Under the pieces are notes generated by a model. That model saw only the letters and a list, made by a program, of their open reading frames with translations. It had not been told where the DNA came from and made no database searches. A stretch of DNA of 64,000 nt from Magallana gigas (taxonomy: Eukaryota): positions 13,702,001 to 13,766,000 of the forward strand of contig NC_088860.1 in the NCBI RefSeq assembly GCF_963853765.1. The letters are read 5' to 3'. The position numbers were made by a program, and so were the translations under genes. This document shows positions 38,878 to 52,489 of this stretch, piece after piece; the stretch's first letter is position 1, and each line of letters begins with the position of its first letter.

Positions 38878-41800
38878 CTAAAACCCCTTCAAAAATGGCG
38901 GAAAAGCAGAGATTTCTGATCCTGTTCGAAGAGTCATCTCGACACTGACCAGATCAGGGTTGTATGTACCGAATACCGGATAAAGCGCCTCCGTGAAGTC
39001 GATTCCAGTAAACGTGTGCAGTTTCTTCTGCTTTCCAACGTCTGCAATTGTCCACTTCCTTCGTCTTGTGTCCACCAACAAACCGTAGGTAAGATCCACC
39101 GTGATTCCCGCTGTGTTATCAGACAGTGGAACGTAGGTCAAGAGGTCACGGTTGTGCCAGAACTCGTGGGCCAATTTGCCGTCTTCTGGGTATCTTGCAA
39201 CGTAGCAGGATCGCGCATGCTCATGGCGCTCCACTGTGTGATGGGTGTCAATAATATCCTTACGACAAATACCCAGTTCATAGACTAGCCAGGTTTGCTC
39301 CAGGGGCTGATAAATAGTAAAGGAGACGTCGACTTCATAGTAATATTTCCCAAGTTCCTTGAAGGGAAAATTACCTACAATTCCCTTGTAGTTTTGGAAT
39401 TGTTTTTCCGCGGTTCCGGAACTGCTTGGTTTACCAGTCTTCCGATTTCGTAAGATTTTGCCATCCAGGGAGACTTCACGCTCGTTATGAATAGTCAGGA
39501 CATCAAATGTGAAATCCGGACCTGTAACACAGTGAAATAGGAAGTATACTACATGCGGTGTGACCTATTGATTTTCATATCGACATACATCAAGTTTTTG
39601 GTATTTGATAACACTCGTCAGACTAGAACACAAAATGTAAAAATTATCTCAATTGATCCACAAACAAACACAAAACTTACAAACAATATCCCCATACACG
39701 ACACCAGGTAAGTTCTTCAGTTCTGAAACATAAACTTTCGATTAGTCTTTCAATCAACCTTCAATTTCAACTTGAGCCCCTGATCAAGAAATCCCACGGC
39801 TACTAGTATGTGTCTGATATGACGCCAATATCGATAAATCATTACTCAGCGACAAGATATGACGATATTGAACACGTTTGAATAAAAACATTTTTAGGTT
39901 GTTCAATATACAGTACGACAAGCTTATAGTGAAGTGTTATGCAAGGACGAACATTTTAAATTCGTTCTATGAAATACGTTTATAAAACTGAATTTACTGT
40001 AAGTTTGAGAAATTCATTGAAAGCGTGTTCGTTGTAACTGTGTTTTACTTACAATGTATCTATCGGGGTTGTAGCATGACCATACTACAGGATAATTACT
40101 CGTACCTTTCTTGCTTACCAAACTTTTCCCATACTCTTTAATTTCAACTTACCAGGCGGCATGGTAGTGGGAGTCTTTGGGGAGATGGGAGAGGTGACGG
40201 GCTGGAACGGTCGGTCCGGACTCAACTGTTGGAAGGACTCCCGATTGGCCTGGGCTGTCTTCTCTGTAAAAGAATCCCGCTGAATCAACATTTACTAAAT
40301 AAATTCTTAATTCTTTTTTAGAAAACCTTACATTTGGTTTTAAAACAGCAGTAGTGTATGATCTCTTTTATCTGTCACATACCAGATTTCTTCATCGGCA
40401 ACTCCCCTCTCATTTCTAGATTTCCTGTTTAAAAGGTTGACAGACGTGTTAGTATAAAACGTTGAAGATTAGTAAGACAGTAAATGAAAGATTAACAGTA
40501 AAAGGAGAAAGAAACGAAACGTGAAATAATCTTTGAAATATGACAACATGATTTGATTATATGTATATTTATGTTAGTCTTCTACGTATACAAGTATAGG
40601 AAAAACGCTAAGTCTAATATTCAAAACTCGAAAGAGAAAATCTGGAATATTTTATACAAACATGCAGAAACTGCAATTTGCAACAAAGGATAGAGTACAT
40701 GCACATGGGGCGGAACTACTTACGCAAAAAGTCCCCCAAACCTAATGGTTGAGATGGTTCCAATTTTAATGGGGAAGGACGTGGTTTCTTTTCAGTGACG
40801 TCAGCAGTCACGTGATCATCAGGTGCTATGAATTTGATTGAAACCACAATAAAAGCGAGAAGCATTATTGTATAAATTTCTGTCTAACATAATGCAGGTA
40901 GAAATATAATGTTACCACACCAAATAAGGCAAAACCAGAGATGAAAAAATAGATCTGAATATATGCATCATAGAAGATCTGATAGTTTTGCAAATAAGCT
41001 CATAATATTCGATGCGCCGCTTACAAGATTATGGAAGTAGGTGTGAAGATTTTAAATTATTTTTAATATTTTACAGAGAACGTAATTAGAGTTGTATTTA
41101 TCTTATACTTCAGTAAGAAAAGCCCAGGTTAAAATTACAAAAGTTTCAACTTATCTGATACACCTTAAGGATTTCAATTCATTTCCGCTAGCAATGTTTT
41201 AGTTTGATATTAACATCAAATAAGTTAATGATTACAATGTCTGCATCTTTGGTGAATAATGGCGTAATGAAACAGAGAGTGAAAGAAACCAATATCAAGT
41301 CTATTGCACTGCACGAAGAAACAATCAATCATAATGGCTCATCCACCTAGGGTTAGTAATCATCTAGTTCATGTCCCACAAACGTAAACTACCCCAACCC
41401 ACATTCCAGAAGACTAAATGTAACACACACCATCTGTCACACAAATTACATTACTTTGGTATTATTTCATGATTGAACCATATTTCAAACAATATGGTAA
41501 AAATTGATCTTTCACGGGGCGCAATTGAGAAATACTCCAAACATATGTGGAAAAGTTGAGTCATCACACTAAATAAGTTTCTATTGCACGCATTTCGTTT
41601 TACAACTAAGTCCCTGATACCAAAAAAAAAACCGAGAATGAACTGCATTGGCTAGATTTAATACAAAGCATTCCCTTTCTCTGTGACTTTTCATTTCTAG
41701 CACGTGACTTACGTTTCGCTTTGCTGAAGAAAGATGTTTTCTCTTCTGCCGGGGTTTTGGGCATGCCATTCATCATGGCTACCGTGCTCATGTTTTTCTT

Positions 41801-43180
41801 CTCTTCCAACGGCGCGGGAAGACTGGTTTGTCTCTGAACTGGTTCTCTGATCGGTGTTGCTGCTGCTGCTGGAATGCTCATCTGTCGACTCACCGCAATC
41901 GAATCGCCGACTCGCTTGACAGACTGAGGAGTTGTTGGGGTGACAGAGGTGGTATTTCTTGGAGCTTCGCTAGGTGGCGTTCTAGCTGGTGAGCGCGAGA
42001 GTTCCTGGTTTATCGGCGAGGTATATTCGGACCTGCCAGACTTCATTGGTCCGGTGTCAGAGTGCCCGTTATGTAGCGTGCTCTGTGGAATTGGACTTTC
42101 TCTAGAAGAGACGTTTCCTATACCGTTAATCAACTGCACAAAAGAATCGTCACTGACCCCTCGCAAAAATCTTAGTGCAACATCGTCTTTTGCCGGAATT
42201 GACACGTTCACATTTTTTAGCTCAAGTATTCTTCTCAGTATCACGTTTTTAAGGTTAAGGAACTCTGTTGCTGTGGTATAAAGCAGAACGCGATTAGTAA
42301 AGTCTGTGGCAGTTTTAACGTCAGTGGTATAAGACTTCAACGTCTTGACTTTTTCTTGAAGATCTCGCTTTTTCACTTGACAGTGGTTTTGAACTTCCAT
42401 CTGCAGTTGATATCTTCGCTCGTTAAGAATCTTCTGGTATTTATCGAAGATGGTATCAATTTCCTGACTGATGTCGGTTTCTGTAGCCGCCAGTTCGTCT
42501 ACGACCTTCTCCAACTGGTCCACAGCTTCCGACATGGGCGTACCACGAGCGTTGATCTCGCGAATAACGCTTTGTACGACAGTCTTGGAATCTTCGTACA
42601 CATCGCTCAGATTCCGAATGAGGTGACCGTTGGTTTGGTTATGGTCGCAGACGGCACACAGCGTGCAGATGGGAATATCACATCCTCGTCTGTCGCAGTA
42701 GAACGTGAAGACTTGCTCCTCGTGCCCCGGTTTGTTGCACGTGTCTTTTCGGTGGAATTCATTAAGTCCCGATTCTTTCAGTTCACTGACGGGAACTACC
42801 AAGTGTTTGCGGGTGATGGCAGTTCTCTTGTGGGCAGTAGTGCACTCTGGACACATGAAGGTGAAACATTCCTTGCAGAAGGAAGAAGCAGACGATTGGT
42901 CTGGACAGTCCGTGCATTGTATGTCTGTTGGTTTCCGTTGGATGCGGACGAAGTCCAGGTAATTTCGACATGCCGTGTCAAGAGGTAGTTCCTTGCAGGG
43001 ATCACTGGAAATTTCGGTTTGGGAGTGGCAATCCGGACAAAAGATTTGTTTTCCACTGACGATTCTCTCTAGACAAGAAGAACAGCAGGTGTGAAGGCAA
43101 GACAAGACGTGCGGATGTCGTCTGCTTTCATCAAATTCATTATGGCACTGGATACAGTTGGTAAACGCCGTGTTTTCCAT
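38878..43180 (-). CDS. TRIM-family E3 ligase: RING, B-box1, B-box2, coiled coil, S/T/P-rich linker and divergent PRY/SPRY (B30.2)-like domain; 754 aa, 4 coding exons
   Basis: Minus-strand exons 43180-41713, 40424-40383, 40263-40153, 39521-38878 (2265 nt, in frame). C3HC4 RING (CIQC..CLHTCCSSC..CPDC), B-box1 (CTDC..CKECFTFMCPECTTAH) and B-box2 (CNKPGH..CDRRGCDIPICTLCAVCDH). The last exon has FTFDVLTIH..VSLDG, GKYYYEVDV and LYPVFG, which are SPRY-like. Confidence 0.88.
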
Positions 43181-45005
43181 ATTACCTGCAGAAAAAGAGT
43201 GTAGTTTGTTGAATGTTAAATTCTTTTTAATCTGGAGTTGAATTAAAGCCAATTTCTTTTCTTACATATCAAGTCGCTTGAAGCGGTAAATGTTCAATGG
43301 TATTTTATCCAGGCAGTTTAAAGCCTGAATCTATGTTTGGTCAAAAAAATGATAAAATCTATTGAGCTTGTTTAAAACATATCACATTCTTTAGATATAC
43401 AAAGTACTCAATCAATTGATAAAGTTTATCGATGCTTAACTCTTAGATGTGATTAACACAATATGAAAAGTAAAGCAAACACATGGCGGAAAAGTCTTCA
43501 AACGGTCTCTAAGCTACCTTAACTCGAGTAAAGTTTGGCCGGTGGTATATTTATACGTTTAATTGATTTAATTTATGGAATGTATAGTCCTATTGAAGTA
43601 GTTATATTATACGGGCGACGTTGTCCTCTTTTACACCAAATAAGGAGACCTTGTTGACCCATTATTTACAAGAGATGTTAAGAAAGATTGAGCATCGATC
43701 ATTGTGGGGGGTTTAAAAAGATCATTGTGAAAGATGACAAAAGGAATATTTGTATGAATTACTACATTCGCCCCCCCCCCCCTCTTTCTCTCCCAGCATT
43801 TACTTTTGATATAGAACTCCTTAATCGTAACAGTTATATATACATGTATACTAGTATGCATAAACATTTATTTCATAATTTAGGTCGGAGTATAATTTGT
43901 TTTCGAGTATTATTGAATTGTGTTTTTATTTTGCTTTGGATTTTTTTAATTTTTAGATATATATATCGAAGATTCAATGCAGGTTATTCTCATCAGATCT
44001 TTTTTTTTTATAAAGATTGAAATTTTAGGATATCGAGAAAATGAAGTATAGTGTATCAGCATTCATTTTAAAACAAGTTCCCTTAATGCAATAGAGTAGT
44101 TCATGATGATGCGTATTAAGTAATATGAGTTGGCCGCTCAGTTGTAAAATAAAGAAAAACTAGTACTGTATTCAAATCTTGTTCTGTATTTATTGGCCAA
44201 AGATACTGTTTGATTTCAAAACAATGAGTAAATTCCGATGTATATATAAACGAGAAACATGTCTGAACAAATTCACGCGCGATCCTACTTACTCTACCGA
44301 TAAATTCTTCATTTAAATTAGATAAGCAAAATCGTTTTTATTTGATATCATTAAAGACTTTGTATGTTCACTGCAATAAAATACTTGGGTAATCTTCACA
44401 CAATACTTCCTTACCCCCAAAAGACTAGAAACTGTCAATCCAAAATGTGACTATTCGCTGACAGATCTGATTATAATATTTAAATGTCTCTTATGCAGCT
44501 AACAAAAGGTGCACAGGAATTTGATACTTACAAGTGCAAAATTTTGAAAATTTCTCTTCCAGAAGATTCACGCCATCACAAATCAGAAGTCGTTCGGCTT
44601 TCTACACGCCGACGTGCACTGATTTGCAGAAAATAACTTCCAAGTCGGTCACAGATTGAGGTGTAACCCAGTAGTAATTTTTTTTTCAATGGGTTAGCAG
44701 GTATTTAAATCTGCAGACGTATGGCGCGGTCCTTTAAATCCTGTGTATACTCAATAAAAACCAATTATGAATACACATGTATATACAGGGGAAGCTTCCA
44801 ATCTCCGAGGCAAGATCAACAGCTTAATTATTAAGTAGCGATTACGATTGCATGTTCCTTCTCAATGCGAAGAAATGTGATCAATTAAGTAAATATATTC
44901 CCTATATATCAATTCTATTATCATGTAGTCAACAGACATTTAACATGTTTATTCTCTAATCGTTGATTTATTGTCATCGAATGAAGACTTATGCTCTGTT
45001 CTTTT

Positions 45006-45010
<5 letters not shown>

Positions 45011-45045
<35 letters not shown>

Positions 45046-45090
45046 CAGACTGACAGAGACACAGAGAGAGACACAGACAGACAGACACAC
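45011..45090. repeat. (GA)n microsatellite decaying into (GACA)n
   Basis: Direct reading. Confidence 0.95.
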
Positions 45091-46306
45091 AAACCTGTAT
45101 TTTCATTTATAGGAATCAAACGGGGCTAACTCGCGATCTCTTCTTTAGATTATTTTTTATTTCAATAAAGTTTATATAATTAAAAGTTTTAGACAATCTC
45201 TGTAAACCGGGGTGATGGGGGCGCTTTGTTTGCAAAGATTGATATTATAGACTTAATGAGATGGTTTTTTTAATGATTTTGTTTTCTTTTGCTGGTAAGA
45301 ATTTGGATTAGTCTGCCATCCCAACCCCCACTATTTCAATTTTTCTTTCCTTAGCCGCCTATGGCATTAATGGATGATTTTAGAAAAATTCAAATATATT
45401 AAAACTGAAATATTTGGAATTTTTCTTTATTAGATAATGTTAATGACAAAAATTATTATTCTCAAAAATTTTAGGTAAATCTGATAGGAAATTAGCCTCC
45501 GCACTTCATCTAATGCTCCTTTGATTTACTGCTATAGTAAGTCACTGCTACTTCTCCTAAATAGTGTTAAACGTTTGATTATTCAAAGCGGAGACATAAA
45601 TATGTCATTTATGTCTCTGTTCAAAGAAATCAATGTAATTATGAAGAAGTTCTTTTCGATCGGGTTCGAGGTTTGAAACCTTAAAATCACGTGGTTAAAT
45701 TGCGGGAAGAATGAAAATACTTGTCAGTTGTATGAAATGTACATATTTTAACGTTTGAACGTCAACGGGCCATATTATCATTATAACCAGTACATAAGTA
45801 ATGTAAGTATTAATGATAAACAGATTATTCAGTTTGTCTCAATTTTAAACAGTCGATCAGTATTTTGGTTTAAAATAAGAAAGAAAAGTCATAGTGTAAA
45901 AACTAATGAAATCCTCTTGTTGCTTTACTTGATAAACAAATGCAGGTTGGGACCAATGAAGCTTTCGTGACTTAGGTGTCCACTTACTCCTAATATTAAA
46001 GTGCTATCTGAATCATGTTTGTTAAGCTTTTAATTTTGTTTAAATTTTTAATATTTTGAGTATCGTTTTCATCACGAATTTCCTTCATCACCTGTCAAAA
46101 TATTCAACAAGGCAATTGTGAGCAGTGGAAGTACCAAGCAAAATCAGACTTTATACACGTAACCTGTCAACCTGGCCTACTGCTTGGGAGGTTGATCCCT
46201 GAGTAGGTCACACACATAGGATTAATCTCAGAAAGTGTAGGTCTATACAGGGACACATATATACCTCCCTGGTCCACAAAAGAACTTGATCAACAAATTA
46301 ATGGAT

Positions 46307-46493
46307 TACTGTATACTGGGAAATATTCGCCCCCGTTTTATTTTTGCCCTTGTTGTCAGCGGCCGAATTTAAGACTTGACAAATACGAATGTTCCAAGTT
46401 TTCTCTTTAGTACACAATCTTGTCTGGGCGAATTTAAGACAGGGCAAAACCATTTGCAAGCGCAGAAGGTCGAATATAACCCTGAACACAGTA
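46307..46493. mobile_element. MITE-like element with TA ends and diverged terminal inverted repeats (Tc1/mariner-type)
   Basis: Left end TACTGTATACTGGGAAATATTCG versus reverse complement of the right end TACTGTGTTCAGGGTTATATTCG. Internal duplicated CGAATTTAAGAC. Confidence 0.6.
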
Positions 46494-46684
46494 TATATAA
46501 ATCTATAACAAAAGATACCAAGTGATATTGCAATGTAAAATTATATCACATTTTGGAATTTTGTCGATTATTGAGCTATTGTTATTGTATAGCTGTTTTA
46601 ACCACTTTGGGTGGTTGGTCCCAACCTCCTAAAATGAGATTGATCTTTGCTTTTTTTTTTTCTTAGAAATTAAAGTCTATAAAA

Positions 46685-49109
46685 ATGGCACACTTCAATT
46701 TTGAAAAAATGCTGAACGAAGCTATCAAGCTTGATGGACCTTTGCAGAATGGACCAAAGTTTAGATACGAAAGAAAACCTATGGAGAAAAAAGGATCAGA
46801 GTCTAGCTTGGGTACTGAATTATTTCATAATATTGTTTTCATGTCAGCATCGTTATGAATTTATTTGAAAGACATACAATGTATTTAGGGATACACTTCT
46901 ACAGAAGTGTAAACATTACTTACATTAGACATTTTATTTCTTATATACAATTTAATTTAGGTTTGTCACCTAGACCCAAATTGAGTGAAAATTCAACAAA
47001 AACACCAAAAGGTCTGTCTCAATCAAAAACACCTGGAAAATACAGCAAAATGCCAACCCAGAAAGGGAAGACTCCCAGCAAAACCCCAAACAAGCAGTCT
47101 GGTCCAGACAGGTTAGATACCCAAGTCTCTAGCTATATAGCTCTGTAACGGTACACATTTATGTATCATAACTATATAGGATTATGTGTCGGTCATTGAC
47201 TGTCATATTGATTGACAATGTGTAATAATTTAATAATTAACTTTGCATTGTATATACAGGTACCGTAAATGATATTTTGAAATGACTAACAAGAAAACAA
47301 CCCAGATTAAGTCATATTTAAAATAACGTTATACAAAACCATTATTTTTGTAGATTTATTCCGAGCCGTTCATCCCAAGACATTGATCTCAGTCACTTTG
47401 CCATAATGAAAGAGAAAGGTGAAAATGAGGAGAATGACCCAGACTGGTCCCCTTCTAAAGCTCCCTACCAGAACCAGCTAAATACCGTCCTTAACAAGGG
47501 AGATAATCCACAGGATACAAAGATTCTGTCATTCAACAATAAATGTCCAGCAGCCACAGGTATAGTGTTGAAGAGCAAACATTCTGTTATTGTTTAATTT
47601 ATGATGAAAAAGTTTTACCTTTTAAGGACTTGCTCCTGTTTGAAAATACTAGCAGATTTGAATTAATGTGATAAATTTCACTGTTAATAAAGTTTTTTTT
47701 CCTTCAAATCCATGACTTTAAAGTTCTTGAATTGTAACAAATTTTACTTACAATTTGAATCAGGATACATGAACATGTATATTGGTAAAAAATTATTGCA
47801 GGTCACAGCAACAGAATGAAAGTATTGTACTCCTACAGTAAAACTACTGTCCCTAAATCCGCTGCACGGAACATTCCACAGCAACCAGATAGGATACTGG
47901 ATGCTCCCGATCTTCTGGATGACTACTGTAAGAACAGTTTTGACATATAGTTTTGAGTCCAACCAAATTACTTCGGCAATGGAAGGAAAAAATATGGGTG
48001 TTTGGCATAATACCAATTATAGATTTTGAATTTGATTTTTCTAGCTATAAAGTTACTTAGGAAAAATCCACAACTTAATGGTTTGTTGAAATTTAAATAA
48101 AAAATGAATATTTTCATTACAGAGCTCTTCTTGTCCAATGCGTTTAAATTAACTTAAAGTATTAAATTGGCCGTGCCAATTCAGCCCTATTAGCAGTTTT
48201 AATCATTTTGCTATTTTAATCATGGTTTTGGACAGTTTCCTTGTCTGAATTAAATTTTTACATGCATTTGACAGATTCTAACTTATTATCGTCTGAAGTT
48301 TATGCATGCTATCTTCCAAAGACTTACATTAATATACAAAAGCTATATATATTCCAGATTTGAACCTGTTAGATTGGTCAACCTCGAATATCTTGGCTGT
48401 AGCCCTTGGGACGGCCATCTATCTCTGGAATGCCACCACATGTACCATAGCACAGCTTCTAAACATGCAGTCCGAGAACGATTACATAACAGGTTTGTCC
48501 TGGACCCCAGAAGGAGGAATCCTAGCGGTGGGGACTAATGCAGGGGCGGTACAGGTATAGAATAAAATTGGAATACTTATATATTACATGTTACTTATTG
48601 CAACATTGCATAGTGCATACATACAAAGATAAAGTTATAGTGAAGCACTAGGGATGAGCAATTCTGATTTGCTATTAATGTTATTTATTATATAGGTCTA
48701 TGATAGGTTCATAATACTGTACATTTAAAAAATTAGAAATTAGGGGAATTGAATAGACTTCGTTGTAAGCAGATTTACTGTAACTATGTTTATTTTAACA
48801 GGACTTTTTATTATCTTAATGTAGTATGTGAAAGATTCAGGTAGTATATTTATAGTATAGATTGAAGAGTAATGTGAGCCCTGGTGTTTTGTAGCTGTGG
48901 GATACAGAGGCGGAGAAGTTATTACGCGTGATGACAGGACATGCGGCTAGAGTTGGCGCCCTGTCCTGGAATTCACACATTGTCAGCAGGTGGGCTCTTA
49001 TCATTCGTGTCTTTTTACAAATAGTAATACATGTATAACAAATTAAGGTATTCATTGAAATCATTCTATTATGGTAGTGCATGAAAAAAAAATTGTTAGT
49101 TTGAGGGAG

Positions 49110-49183
<74 letters not shown>

Positions 49184-50867
49184 AAATTCTGAAAATGATA
49201 AATATGTACTTGTAATGGCAGCCATTAATGCATAAAAAGTTTGATTTTGAAGTTTGAGGTATCTAATTCTGCAATTGATTATCCAGTATTACCTGTAACA
49301 TTTTGAACTTGATGTTGACAAAGTGGATCAACTTTAGCATCACACTGTACAATGCAGTGGAATGTGTACTTGACAATGACTTTCACACAACCCTTTATCC
49401 TGTAGTGGGTCTCGTTCTGGAGCTATCCACCACCACGATGTGCGGGTCCCTGACCACCATGTGGGGTCTTTGATTGAACACACCCAGGAGGTGTGTGGAC
49501 TAACTTGGTCCCCGGACGGACGCCACCTGGCGAGTGGTGGCAATGACAATGTAGTAAATGTGTGGGACACCACCTTGGCTCTAGAAGGAGTCTCCCCTGT
49601 ACAGACCTTCACACACCATCTTGCAGCAGTTAAGGTACATGTTTTTTCTTCTATTTATTTCTTGCTTGCTTGCACCTTTTGGTTCCTAAGCTCAAAGGTG
49701 GTGAATATATTTAGAAGGAAACATTCATCATATAATATATTTATTGTAAACCAACTTATCCGTGTTTAAGGAAATTTACCAATTAAAATTTACATGTCAC
49801 AAAAAATGGTCACTGCAAACCAGTTTATCACTGATAATGATGCAGCAAATTAAAGTTTGTTTACAGTTCATGTTTGTTCAAAACAAATAGAAATGGGTGT
49901 TATATTGAAATTTCGCTAACACCCAGAGAATAATAGAGCTTGGATTGTCTGTAGGCTTTAGCCTGGTGTCCATGGAATCCTGTGATACTAGCCTCAGGGG
50001 GAGGGACTGCAGACCGACACATCAGACTCTGGAACATTTCTAATGGTTCTTGTGTAAATGCCATAGACACAAACTCTCAGGTGACTTACTATTATCTAAC
50101 AAGTTTATCATGATGAGTGAAACAGAAGCATGTTTATTTTATCTGAGACATATCCCTTGATCTTTGATAATTTTTGCCAATCTTAATTTCCAAGTTTAAT
50201 TTTTACTTGTTATTTGTTCCACATGATTTTAGTAGAAATGAATAAAAGAGTTTATGCTAAAAAATGTTGGTCTTTTCTTATGAAATGACCTACAATATAC
50301 CAAATTGTTAAGGTTAATTTGAAATTTTTGTTTTTCATCAAGATGAACAATCTTTCTTATATTTATGAAAATGATTGCTATATTTCAACACTATATATGA
50401 ATCTGCTTTTGTGAAACCATTGCCTTTTAGGTGTGCTCCATTCTATGGTCCACTGAGCTTAAAGAAATGATCTCGGGTCATGGCTACTCACAGAACCAAC
50501 TGACTATCTGGAAGTACCCACAAATGAACAGAATCGCCGAGCTTACAGGTTTATAATATCAAGTTTGAGTTTTAATATTCATTATAATTTCAAACAGATT
50601 CTCTGAATTTTTTTTTGTCTTACGAATACTGGTCCGCACCTTTTTAAAGTCTGGAGTTTGACTACAGCTATGATTTGATTTGTAGGACACGAGGCTCGAG
50701 TCCTGAGTCTGACTATGTCCCCCTGTGGTACGACTGTGGCCAGTGCAGCAGCTGATGAGACCATCAGGTTATGGAAATGCTTTGCCAAGGACAAAGAGAA
50801 GGTCAAGAAAACTGCTCAGACCAAATCGGTGAAGGAAACATTCTCCCTGCCATCCAGGATCCGCTAA
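46685..50867 (+). CDS. CDC20: Cell division cycle protein 20 (APC/C activator, fizzy); 518 aa, 10 exons
   Basis: Exons 46685-46811, 46961-47111, 47354-47559, 47802-47927, 48358-48554, 48895-48989, 49406-49634, 49955-50080, 50431-50548, 50686-50867 (1557 nt). C-box DRFIPSR, KILSF (MAD2-interaction-like), [21 protein letters not shown]40 repeats ([30 protein letters not shown]) and a C-terminal IR tail. Confidence 0.96.
49101..49160. repeat. (GA)n microsatellite in a CDC20 intron
   Basis: Direct reading. Confidence 0.95.
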
Positions 50868-52489
50868 TTCATTGAAGTCCAACACAGGACCTTCTTGTCA
50901 TCGATTTTAAATGACGAGCTATTGGTAAAAGGACGTGCAGGCATGTATATGTATGATGGGTTAAAGCCAAAAATTTATTGCTCCTGAAACCAGATGAAGC
51001 TCAATGAAACAAGAGTAAAATTGATGATACTGGACAGGTGCTGTTTGCATGTATTTCTTGGAATTCTCATGTCTGTACCGTGTACAGTTTGTCACTGAGC
51101 CAATCAGATCAGCCAGAGCTGTGGGTTTGAAAGGGGACATCTGGAGAGACTGGGAATGCCAGATAGCTTTTAATATCCCTCTTTAAAAATCATCTCCTTT
51201 GTTTTAATATCCATTGATAAGTATAATACAATATTGATAATAATTATTTTGAATTGATGTTTGCATTTTAGCATTCCTGATTTAGTTCAATTGTGGATCA
51301 ATTTTCATTCTGTTTACCTATGTATACATGTCATCCAAATGCTTCAAGTTTCTTTTTATTTTGCATGTAATTTTTGTTTTGTTCAATTTTAATGCCATAT
51401 CCTGTTCAGTTACTACATGTGTCTTGGACTATGTTGAGGCCATTTAAAGTTTGCAGAAATTTAAATAAATAAAAAATTTTCTTAATACTTATTGTTGTCA
51501 AAATTTACATTGATATTGTGAAAAACAAAATATAGATATACTATTCAGTGAAAACCTAATGGTTAACAAATGCAAGAAGTACCGGTATATTTTCCAAGAA
51601 AAAGCAAAACTTCATAATCTGCCTAATGCACGCATCATTTATTTAGATAATGTTTTGTTAAGCAGTTTAGAGAAACAATTTGATCGCTTCCAAATGAAAC
51701 ACCAAAAAAAAAACCATTTTATATTTACTTCAATCTTTAATTTTTTTTTAATTACCGGTATGCATTCATAACTGTACAATTGCACTTTTACATAAAACCA
51801 AGAAAAACTTTTGAGAAAATGTTCTTTACCTTGTCTACGTATTTTGAAATGCAACAAATGATATTATTGATTAAAATATAACCACTTATTAAACGTGTAA
51901 ATATTTATTGCAAAGTAGAGATGCAATACAGTGGAGTTCAGTTGGTATTTATAAATTTCTAATATTTCCTTATAAGGAAAAATAAAATACTCGTTATTTT
52001 TTACGTTTTAAACATGAATTATCTGATACACGTGAAAAAGTCGTTCATCTAGGTAAAGACCTTTTCATTGAATAGATATAATACTATTTAATTGAGTACC
52101 AGTAGAATTGTGTAAGCTATAAACTTTCAACAAAGTTGGAGAATTTAGAGATTCATGAAATCGATTTCCAGAAATATAAAGCAGCCCTCCATTTCTGAAA
52201 AGGGGATAAAGTTTATATCTTTTGAGTTAGGAATGAAATGGAATCTTACCGTTAATATAACGACGATACATTTCAATATTTTTATTGATGAAGCACATCA
52301 GTAAAATATAAATCTTTAAAATGTATCAAACAGTAATATTGTAACAGAATTTGAAAGACCTATCAATCAGAATTGCACATTATTATCACTCACAGTGGGT
52401 TTTTTAAACAAAATAAAATATAAATTTCATTTTCATGATCATACTCATAATATTTTAAAATCATCATCTTTATCTCAGCAGCAGCAGCT

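Noticed and set aside
45580-45680. CHR-like TTTGAA/TTCAAA motifs as a cell-cycle promoter for CDC20
   Set aside because: The hexamer is very frequent in AT-rich DNA and the TSS is unknown, so it cannot be supported.
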